Part shown: piece by piece, positions 9,622 through 19,084 of the stretch
Layout: every line of letters starts with the position of its first letter
How positions within the stretch are numbered: the first letter of the stretch is position 1
DNA from: Hypanus sabinus
Taxonomy: Eukaryota
Length of the DNA: 64,000 nt
Direction of reading: 5' to 3'
NCBI RefSeq assembly: GCF_030144855.1
Contig: NW_026779236.1
Span: 1 to 64,000 of the forward strand
Translations under genes and position numbers: made by a program
The notes under the pieces: model-generated
The model's input: only the letters and a program-made list of their open reading frames with translations
The model's database searches: none
Told to the model about the DNA's origin: nothing

Positions 9622-10934
9622 CTGGAAGACAGAAGTTCGATTAAAACTCCCAATAGCATACTCACACTTTTTCCGCATTTACCTTTGCCGCATAATCTCC
9701 GAGAAATGCCCGAGATCGGCTTCCAGTCTTTGAACCGAAACTCAAGGATATTCGTTATTTCAGTGCCCCAGCTCACAGTGGGACACTCCAACATGCGCGA
9801 CAGCCATTTATCAGTGAATAGACACATTGTCTTGAGTTCACTCGCTGAAAGCAAAGCGGTAGATCATTAGTGTCATGTCGAGGAAATCAACCAAGCCTAA
9901 CTACGTCCGATGCGGCACTGCCCATTTATAAAGAATATTTCACACATGCCTCCCCTACAACTGCGATTTAACTTCATCTTGTTCTTCGCAGTGTTGATGA
10001 ACGTGAGGTTATCCACGCTGGTTCGGGCTCCTGTATCAGTGTGGATAACTTCCTTCATCTCAACATAGAACAGTTTCAAAGTTATGAATTCACTTTCAAT
10101 ATTCCATGCTCTCAGTCGTTACATATTTAATTTGTAATCTTCTGCAAATTGTTTGCACTCCGTTATGTATATATTGGTTTTTATTTTATCGCGTTTAATT
10201 CTATCCACTGTTAATGAATCTCTTAGTAATTTACATTGACTTAAACGTTCTTTGGCAATAAATTTACTCTGAGGTTTGAGCGTTGAACTGTCTTCTGCGG
10301 TGTTTCACATTGATAGACATCGTACGGAAATACGGGTGCTGCCTGTTGAGTTTCTGCTGCATAGCAAGCCCCCATCTGGGATAAACCTCTATTCGGATCT
10401 CCTGCATTTCCGGACACCACCTCCACTACTGACCTACTGGATGAAGTAAAATGAAAACCCGCTGTTTTCTTTGACTGTGTTTGTCCAGGGAATTCACAGA
10501 CCCGACCAGACAACCACCTGAGATTGAGAAGGCACTCTACTCCAAACGTTGTCTCTATGCTCTCGCACTCCCTCTCCCTCTCTCCCCCTCCCTCTTTATG
10601 TATCTATCTAGCCATCTATCTATCTGTATTTATCTGGAGGTTTTTTCTGCTCTCTCTGCTCGGCTCACTGTTTCTCTATTAGTGTTCGATGACGAGGCTG
10701 GAAATGCTGAGCCATATGGCAGGGGAAGGAGAGGGATAATGAAGGATAAATATCACACCCTTCACATTAAAAACAATCCGCAAAAGTCAGTTTCTCAGGA
10801 AAACTTGTGAATGCTCGCCACAAGCCCGATGATAGAAAACGATTGACGAGCTGGCATACAGCTGACAGAGCCGTCTAACTGCAGGTGCGCTGCAGAGGGA
10901 GGTATCTGTATCCCAGGTGCTTCCTGGTTCAACA

Positions 10935-10948
10935 GCGCCCTCTGCAGA
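10935..10948 (-). promoter_or_regulatory. CTCF-like motif between V-B4 and V-B2
   Basis: Minus strand TCTGCAGAGGGCGC matches at 12/14. Confidence 0.5.
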
Positions 10949-11841
10949 ACTCTGGGACCATATTTAAGATCTGAATACAGATAAAGAAGCCCATCGTCAT
11001 ATCCAAGTTAATCGCCAGCCGACATTCATCTGTGCAAGGGAATCAGAGTACCGGATGGGAAAGACAAGGAGCCTGAGAATCCGAAGTGGACACGTCAGGA
11101 GGACATGGAAGTTCCACTTAGGATTGAACGCGTTGCAACTGAATTCCAGCGCGGAACCCATATCGACAAAAGACCCCAAATGCGTCTGCACCCCTAAATC
11201 TGCGCACCCCAAGTCTGCGCGCGAGATTTAATTAGCGAGCAGTCCGAAATTCCCCCGCACTGCCAAACCCGCGTACTTCCTTAAATCCACACGCACAGGT
11301 CCACATCCCCTGACAGTCCTGAATCCTTGTGCAGGAACCCTGAAACCCGTATTCACTCACAAATCCGCCGATACACCCGACATCCGCACTACTCTACTTC
11401 CAGGCATCCCCAAATCCGCAGTCACACGAAATCCGCATTCCTCCAATTGGAGGCCTGCACAAATGCAGTGACAAACAGAATTCAGCGCTCTTCCCCAATC
11501 TCAGCGCGCACACGCAATTCCAAAACTCCAGATCCGCGTGTACGCCCAAGTCTGTCGACACCCATGTATTAGCTTTGCGGAGCAATAATGATTTCAAAGA
11601 GTTCACAAAATGGAGAGCGAGAAGAACAGTTTCTCAAAATGGCCGCCGTATCATTAAGCACATGGCTAAAAGAAAGTTGGGATTTCAAAGCACCTTTCTT
11701 ATTAAAGAACGGACTAACGATACAACCGTGAGATTAGTCACACCAGTAGTTGGCTAGGCACATTAATATAAGGAAAATGAGATATAGAAATGGCTTACGT
11801 CGGAGTGATTAGTGCTGGTTTTTTTTTGACTTGACACAGTG

Positions 11842-12124
11842 ACATAAATAGTCGGCACAGTGAGAGTGAAAGGTGTTCATCAGTTGCAGTTTGAACAACG
11901 TTCTGCTGGATGTGGGTTGTTGCCACGTGACAATTCGACCTCTAACTGTCACTTGATCTTTCCCAGCAGAGCAGAAAAGATTTCCGTTGTCCAGCCGGGT
12001 CTCTGTGTGTGCCATTGCACATGTGGGTAGCCAGAATTCAGCACCGAGCATTCGACGGTGCTTGCATGACCCATTCCAACAGACAGGGAATGGGGCAACT
12101 GCTTCACGTACGCAGCTAGAATCC
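11842..12124 (-). pseudogene. TRBV: Diverged family-B-related V relic (V-B4): frameshift, mutated acceptor, eroded RSS
   Basis: Manual translation gives GILAAYVKQLPHSLSVGMGHASTVECSVLNSGYPHVQWHTQRP, then a 1-nt deletion near 11980, then LFCSAGK...SSRTLFKLQLMNTFHSHCADYLC. This is collinear with V-B1. The acceptor AG reads CG. Confidence 0.8.
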
Positions 12125-12249
12125 CGCTAACAAAGAAACACCACTAGGGTCCAATTTCTCTCAAATGAATTTCGCCTTTTTTATGAATGAGTTATTTTCC
12201 CCTGAACCGCTGCTTTCTGAATTTCGCGGGGAAAGTGTAACATTGGACG

Positions 12250-12710
12250 TTTCAGGGGGAGACTCTTCATCAGGACGTAAGGAGTAAAGTGGATCGGGGT
12301 GGGGGGAGAAGGATGATGCCTGAATTAAAAGTTGTGGGATGTATAAAAGGTCAGCTGGAATGTGATAGGTGAAGTCAGGTGGTTGGGAAAGGTCAAGGGC
12401 TGGAGTGGGAAGAATATGATAGGAGAGGAGACGGAAAACAGGGGGAAGAAGAAGGGGAAGAGGGCCAAAGGGGAAGTAATAGTCAGGCGAGAAGAAAAAA
12501 AAAATAATATTAATTCACACCATCAGGTTGGAAGGTGAGCAGAAGCAATATAAGAGGTTGTTCCTGTATATTGAGGGTGTCCTCTTCTTGACACGAGGGG
12601 TCGTCATGGACTGGCACGTCGGCAGGCGAATAGTAATAGGAGTTACAAGACTTGGCCACGGTGAATTCTCTGCGCAGTTCTGCACTGAAAAGCTTGTTCG
12701 CAAAGATCAA
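12250..12710 (-). mobile_element. Penelope-like element relic
   Basis: The minus ORF ends EEDTLNIQEQPLILLLLTFQPDGVN, resembling the Penelope GIY-YIG C-terminus (EEQHLIFRLG.LQP.G.N), next to a purine/pyrimidine-skewed repeat body. Confidence 0.55.
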
Positions 12711-13231
12711 TTTTGAATTGAGATAAAGAAAGGAAAATTAATAAATTCGTTTACACTTGCTGTATCTCTGGAGTTACAGTGAACATCTGGTCTTGCATGC
12801 AGATCACAGTGCATTGGTACAGAATAAGGTTCATCAATACTGTTTAAAATCGACAGGGAAAACCGCAGTGAGGGTGAACAGGACTGCAGAGAGGTAGATT
12901 GTGAAGTTGAGAATCCACATTATTGTCCTATCCTCGAGCATTAGAGTAGGGTAACGAAGGCAAAGAAGCTGCTGGATTGGTGACTGGAGCCTTCATTATC
13001 ATCGGCTCCTTCACTGAGGTAACGAGGTGTCCGGACAGAGCTGACGTTTGTGCGATATGTTAAGCTGTGCGAATGCCCCCCCGGGTTTCCTGCCGTCAAC
13101 TACAGAGCAGCTGGTACAACAGACCGTTATCCATCAAAGCACCTATACTCGTCGATGGGATATCTGAGATTGCAGGAACACGCGTGGAAAGGCAGCCGTG
13201 ACAGAAAGTAGCAGCAGAACTCGGTCTAGTA

Positions 13232-13245
13232 CTGCCACCTACTGG
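13232..13245 (-). promoter_or_regulatory. CTCF-like motif 39 bp downstream of the V-B3 RSS
   Basis: Minus strand CCAGTAGGTGGCAG is a 14/14 match and identical to 6583-6596. Confidence 0.7.
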
Positions 13246-13284
13246 TACAACTTGGCCACTGAAGCTCCCTGCGAGAGGCTGGAA

Positions 13285-13323
13285 GGTTTTTGTCGTGGGA
13301 GACTCGTTATCTGAAGTTATGTG
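13285..13323 (-). other. 23-RSS of V-B3: CACATAA - 23 bp - ACAAAAACC
   Basis: Heptamer 13317-13323, spacer 13294-13316, nonamer 13285-13293. Confidence 0.85.
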
Positions 13324-13512
13324 CGCTACTACCTACGCAGTAGTAGACGGCGGAGTGGAGGCCGAAGCCCGTCCCAGTTCAAGTTTAAACAAGAGTGTTA
13401 CTGGGTCTTGTCGCCGTGTAGGAATCGGATGTGTAGTTCGTAACCGAACCTTGTCCATCAGAATAGAAGAGAGCATCTATTGTCCGGTCCGATCGCTGTC
13501 TGTAACAATACA
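13324..13512 (-). pseudogene. TRBV: 5'-deleted family-B V pseudogene (V-B3); only FR2-FR3 remain
   Basis: Reads YCYRQRSDRTIDALFYSDGQGSVTNYTSDSYTATRPSNTL with Trp41 changed to Cys. A +1 insertion near 13391 gives an immediate TAA, a -1 deletion follows near 13357, and the segment ends AVYYCVGSS. Leader, intron and FR1 are absent. Confidence 0.88.
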
Positions 13513-13569
13513 GATCTCTGCGCGCCCTCCCTTTCACTCCCATTCTCAGTATCAGTTGTCAGAGACGTT

Positions 13570-13720
13570 TCTCTGCGCGGCCTGGTAAAGGAACTGTCTT
13601 CACGTTGGCTGTGTGACAACACGTCACTTCCGTAGCGGCGTACCTCCTTTGAATGGTTTACGCTGTTCAGAAGATGACAGCAAGAGACGAGGTGTGAACA
13701 TGCAAAGCGGATGTGCTTGG
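13570..13720 (-). promoter_or_regulatory. Family-B promoter of V-B3, with CGGAAGTGACGT (Ets + CRE/decamer) at about 13619-13632
   Basis: Aligns with the V-B1 promoter at 7640-7790. Confidence 0.65.
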
Positions 13721-14039
13721 ATTTTTCGAACCGGGGTGGCACATATCCCGAGGCGGACGTTTGAAAGAAATTGGCACATAGGTTCTCGGGACAGCAATAG
13801 TTATCCAATTTATTTATTTATTTATCGTTTCTTGACCGGGGCATCGCTTCCATGACAGAAAGTACCCGCCCTTCGCTACAGCCTCATAGCAAACCGGAAT
13901 CCAACTGCCATCATGTTCTCTTCAGTGTTGAGGTAAGTGATGGTCGTTCAGGCTCCCTCGCTTCCGTAGGATTCATTTCCCAATTACTTTAAACCTGCTT
14001 CCCGTGGATGTGTGCATTCCTGCTTCGAATATTCCAAAG

Positions 14040-14460
14040 GCATTTCAATTCTAGACCTGGAAAACCTCACAATTTAGTGCCGGCACTTTTAGCTGCCGCA
14101 GGAGATCTCAGATGATTATTTTGGTGGCGGTGTACATTCCACCTCTGGCTCATGGCAAACGGGCTCTGGACGAAATGTGCGATTCTATCAACAGATATGA
14201 AACAGCCCCTCCCGATGCCGTCCCCGGCATGTTGGGGGACTTTAAGCAAATCGGCCTGACAATGTCACTAATAATTATTACCACCAGATCACCCGTAGTA
14301 CCAGAGGAAACATACACGGCGATTGTCCTACTCCTGTGCATCGTGGTCCCTCTTTCCCTGAATACTCCACACGATTCATCGTGTGTCTGGCCCATCCTTA
14401 TACACCGTGGTCCCTCCGTTCGTGAACCGACCGAGAGTCATATCTTTCCGAGTTTCCACT
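14040..14460 (+). mobile_element. Rex/Babar-type LINE endonuclease fragment
   Basis: ILVAVYIPPLAHGKRALDEM...YETAPPDA...LGDFKQ is a typical AP-endonuclease VYIPP...GDFN segment. Confidence 0.65.
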
Positions 14461-15581
14461 GATGGACAAAGGAGATAACGTGAGGTAGAATTGATCCTGG
14501 AGAGTGAATATCATTGGCGCCCTCAAAAGTTACAATGATGTGTTAGATCAGCGTACAAAGGGAAAGATAGATTGGGATGATCAGTGCAGAGACACCTTTA
14601 CCATTAAGTAGAGGAGGAAATTAAATGCCAGGGAGCAATAGCTCCGCCCCGTATTTCACTGGTTCGCCGCTAGGGCGCACCGCCTGACGGACAACCCCTC
14701 CTCCCAGCCTGTGATTTGCAGACGTCCGCTTTCCTCTTTCGCTGACAGTAGCGGCACATTTCTCTCTGTTTTGCTACATTTCCACTTGCTACATACACCA
14801 CTTGTTCATTCCGTTCCCTATTAATGGATACCCACCTGCCACTTACCTTCACACCTGTCCATCATATCCTTCCGGTTCCGCCCCTCCTGCCCCCTTTCCC
14901 ATGATCCACCGCTCTCCAGTGTCAGCTGACTTCTACTTCCTCAGTTTCACTATTCCAGCTGCCTCCTCCCAGCAACTCATACAGAAACCCTCAGAACCCC
15001 ATCCACCCATCTTTTCACCTCGCCTGATCTTTTCTATCACCTTCCAGCCTGTACTTCCTCAAAGAGTGTGTTCCCCCCATTGTGCACAGTCGATGGGCCC
15101 TCATAACCATGGAAGATGTGTTAATCATACAATTGTATAATGTGGTCCCACAGTCCGTCGACACTTCCCAGCATCAAAAAGTTTACGTCCTACCCTTAAA
15201 CACTGGGGTCCCTCCGTTCATCAACAGTTTCTCAACGTCCCAGCTTGTGCTGTGCTTCAGCGATGAGCACAGGGGATAAAGAACCGTCGATTTCATCCTG
15301 CGGACGGCATATGATGTGCAATGGCCAGTCGCACTCAAAGGCTACGAGTCTCTGGCGCTGGGGATATGCGGGGAGATTGTACATAAAAAGGAAGGATAGA
15401 GTGGAGAGATCATTGCGCGGATTATCTTCACCCAAATGCATGATTAATAAGGTGAGGACATTACGTGCAATACTTCCGCCCCCTCTCTCACTGATTGCTC
15501 GCTAGGGCGCAGCGCCTCACTGATTGACCCTCCTCCCAACCACTGATGTACGTGGCCAACAGTAACTCTTTTGACTGTGAG

Positions 15582-15620
15582 AGTTTTTGTAGGGCTTCCC
15601 CGTCACTCTGAACCACCGTG
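15582..15620 (-). other. 23-RSS of V-A2: CACGGTG - 23 bp - ACAAAAACT
   Basis: Heptamer 15614-15620, spacer 15591-15613, nonamer 15582-15590. Confidence 0.92.
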
Positions 15621-16258
15621 CTCACCCCAGGCGCAGAAATACACAGCCGACGAATTTGTCTCCAGTTTGTCAGACTTCAGAGAGAACAGGCTGGTCTGCG
15701 GTCTCTCTGCCGTAAAACCGTCGACCAATTCCTTTGGGTACACTAATTTAGCAATCGGTGAGTAAAACATGTTCTCCGGACCGGTTCCCGGGTATTGTCG
15801 GTACCAGTACAACACGTTATCAGCACTGGTACTACCATCGACTGTACAATGCAGGGTCACCTTCCGGCCGGCATTTCCGGAGAAAGCCGGAGTCTGGTGG
15901 ATCGTCACCGAGGTCGCGTCTGAAAAAAAAGAGACGGGATTGGCTGAACGGCTGAATGAACACGGATACGCGGGCAGCTGGAAAGTGGGAGGAAAATGGT
16001 GAATTGACGGAAGAAAAGATGACGATCGATGTGGGGAAATCTCCAAAGGAGTTCGGAATTTTAGAGGCGGCGGCAGATGAAAGATATTCTTCTGAAGCGG
16101 GAGGGCGTAAGCAATTAAAGAATGACTCCGAGAGTACTGGAGGGTAAAATTAAAATGAAGGGAATGGGAAAGCAGAAGAGAAGCTAAGAATGAAAAGTAA
16201 TACTTGGGGACTTACACTGACTGTGGAAGGCGAGGATGAAGATCAGAAACAGAAACAT
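15621..16258 (-). CDS. TRBV: TCR-beta-like V gene, family A (V-A2), apparently intact; rightmost V found in the window
   Basis: Leader exon 16216-16258 (MFLFLIFILAFHSQ, T|gtaagt). V exon 15621-15919 reads ATSVTIHQTPAFSGNAGRKVTLHC...LYWYRQYPG...FTAERPQTSLFSLKSDKLETNSSAVYFCAWGE. AERP in FR3 and CAW at the end resemble TRBV. All three hallmark residues are present. Confidence 0.9.
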
Positions 16259-16349
16259 CTCCCTTGGAGGGTTTATTCTCTCAGTGATGAATCTTATACG
16301 TGCATCAGAGAAGAATGTATTCACATCAATCCCGACTGTTACATATTCC

Positions 16350-16393
16350 AGTGACGTAGATGGATTTGCGTGACGATCGATTGGCCACGCCCC
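16350..16393. promoter_or_regulatory. V-A2 promoter: AGTGACGTAG (16350-16359) and CACGCCCC (16386-16393)
   Basis: Conserved with V-A0 and V-A1, 92 bp upstream of the ATG. Confidence 0.6.
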
Positions 16394-16795
16394 ATCTATG
16401 TTTCAACACGATTCGGCAGTTGCGCTAATTCCGCTCTACCAAGTTGACCACCACCCTCACACCCTCACACCCGGAATTCACTATGTCCGGTGATTTGGAT
16501 TGCATTTATGTCTTAGAAGCTGAGGAAAACTACACAGCCTGGGAAAGGAGAACACCCTTTCATTGAAATCGAGGATCTCGCGTAATGAGGGTCCCACATC
16601 CTGTGAAAACATTGTGTTCTGCATGGAGTCGCCGCCGACATCCGATGTCTCTCTTTTGTCTCTCTGCCCGAACCTCTATCTCCGTCTCCTAGCCACTGCT
16701 GCAACGCAGACCAAGGGAAAATTCACCTTTACAAAAATAACTAGTCCCTTTCATTCTTTTCGAAAAATCTTATATAAATTTTACTTCAGCGCATT

Positions 16796-16809
16796 TCGCC
16801 CCCTAGTGG
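16796..16809 (-). promoter_or_regulatory. CTCF-like motif upstream of V-A2
   Basis: Minus strand CCACTAGGGGGCGA matches at 13/14. Confidence 0.65.
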
Positions 16810-18239
16810 TAGCAGCATGTGCCTCCAAACGTCGCCCTCCGATCGAGCTCAATGGCAGAGAGGTAGAGATAAAAGTTTTGTGAGCAAGACCAGATTCCTT
16901 TCCACTATCTAACCTCAAGGATGTGTGTCCCTGCACACCTTCATGCTCTGACCAGGTTCCAGGCTGAAATTATTTTTTAATTCAAACTTCTCTTCCCTGT
17001 TGCTCTGTTTGGCAGATCTACCAAGCATTAATCAGACTTAACTCTTTCTTTTCAAAGGCCGAATTGAAGATTTGGTTTCAGGTTGGCTTCACTGACTTGG
17101 ATCCCGAAGCAAGCACGAGCATGAAGTGTGAAGGCGCGATCTTGCTTCATCTGATCTGCCATGCTGTCTATCCGGCATCCATTCGCTGACTGACAACAGA
17201 TGAATGGGCTCGTTCCGAAACGTCTGAATGATTCTCGTGTACGTCCTTTGACTCTTTCCAATTTCAGCTTATCCATTCTCAGGTAAGGGGACTGATAAAG
17301 CTCACAACAAACCGTGTTAAGCCACCCAGTGCCTTATAAAGTCTCAACACCACATTTTTGCTTTTAGATTCTAGTTCTTCCGAAATAAATGCAAACATCG
17401 TATAGGCCTTCCACACCACCGACTTAACCGGCAAGTTAACCATTACGGAATCCTTAATCAGGACATCTAAATCCCATTGGACATTTTTTTTTAATTTTCT
17501 CTCTATTTAGAATAAAGACAATCTTCGTATTTCTTCCACTGAAGTGCATGACAATACACGTCACGTCACTGCCGTCTATTTGCCTTTTCCACCAATCAGT
17601 CCTCAGTCCTTCGGCGGCCACTCAGCTCCTCTGCGTACATTCGTCAACGCTGGCCACAAAGCCATCAATTCCGTCATCCCAAACATTGAGGTACAACGTA
17701 TAAGGATGTGGTCCCATCAGAGACTCCTGTGGAACACCACTAGTCATCGCTTATTCTCACTCTTTTCCTCCTGCAAGGCACCAGCGCTGTATCCACGCCC
17801 GGATCGTTCTTGTAGTAGCATGGTTCATGTTATGCAGCTTCATGTGTGGCGCCTTCTCAAAGGCCTTCGGAGAATTCAGGGACACACCTCCAAGATTCCC
17901 CTTTCTCTATACTGCTTGCTATTTCTTCAAGAAAGTCCACTAGATTGCTCAGGCGATCGAGGGAGGTTCGGTTCCCGTACCAGGCCGTGTTGCAACCGAT
18001 CAGGATGCCCTCGATTGTGCCCCTCTAGGAAGTCCTTCGGAGTTGAAGTACTCAGTTCCTCTATTACCTAGACAGTCTCGGACAATACCTCAGTACTGGC
18101 GAGAACGATTGGCAGCTGTTGTTGCGATGCAAGTCAGTGTCACCCTCGTTGCCTGAAACTGAAGCAATCCTTCGCTCGTCCAGCTTGACAACTAAATGCA
18201 AGTTTTCTCATGATAAAGTAGAACACCTGCAGCACAATA

Positions 18240-18770
18240 CAGGCCCTCGGCCCACAAAGTTGTGCCGACCGTATACCTACCTTAGAAATTACTAGGCGTA
18301 CCGAAAGCCCTCTATGTTTATAAGTTCCATGTACTTATTCAAAAGTCTCTTAAAAGTCGCCATCGTATCTGCCTCCACCACCGTTGCAGGCAGCCCATTC
18401 CACTCACTCGCCACTCTCTGAGTAAAAGACTTCCCCCAGACATCTCCTCCGTACTTATCCCCAGAACCTTAAACCTGTGTCCTCTGGTGGTAACCATTCC
18501 AGTCCTGAGGGAAAAAGCCTCTGACTATCCACATGATCAATGCCTCTCATCATCTTGTACACCTCTGTCAGGTCACCTTTCATCCTCCGTCGCTCCCAAG
18601 AGAACAGGCTGAGTTCACTCGACTTATTCTCATAAGGCATTTACCCCAATCCAGGCAACATCCTTGTAAATCCCTTCTGTACCCTTTCGATGGCTTCCAC
18701 ATCCTCCCTGGAGAACTGAGCACAATATTGCAAGTGCGGTCTGACCGGGGTTCTGTATAGCAAGATAGCT
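18240..18770 (-). mobile_element. CR1 LINE 3' end
   Basis: Reads ...ERRRMKGDLTEVYKMMRGIDHVDSQRLFP... followed by a typical 3' UTR. Confidence 0.8.
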
Positions 18771-19084
18771 CTGAATTTTTCTTCCACAATTAGACAGAGT
18801 AACCTTCCGTCGGACCATTAAGCTGTGGAAGCAGAGTGAGGCCACTTGGCCCATTGAGTCTGATCCGCCATTTCATCATGGGTGATTCATTTTCCCTCTC
18901 CACCCCAATCTCCAGCCTACTCCTCGCAACCCTTCATACCCTGACCATCCTACCAACCCTTGCCTTAAGTATACCCTATGACCTGAACTCCGCAGTCACT
19001 TGTGGCAGAGAATTTCACCGCTCACCATCTCCAGCTAAGGTAATTCCTCATGATTTATTGACTAAAAGAACGCCCCGCCATTTT

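Larger units (their letters stand above)
16227..17720. repeat. Segmental duplication of the family-A upstream region; paralogue of 1-1745
   Basis: Collinear similarity throughout, including the promoter, the CTCF-like motif, the CR1 relic and a CRE/E-box block. Confidence 0.85.

Noticed and set aside
11817-11894. D-segment-like pattern: T-rich nonamer-like run, CACAGTG, 14 nt, CACAGTG
   Set aside because: The left spacer is only 9 nt, there is no nonamer 12 or 23 nt after the second heptamer, and the sequence is the antisense of the V-B4 FR3 codons.
5544-16258. Alternative identity as IgH, IgNAR/NAR-TCR, light chain or TCR gamma/delta V
   Set aside because: The segments lack VH motifs (WVRQ..GKGLEW, YYCAR). 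They are a tandem V-only array, not V-D-J-C clusters. FR3 AERP/TATR and CAW/CASS-like ends fit beta best. Not fully excluded without D-J-C or a phylogeny.
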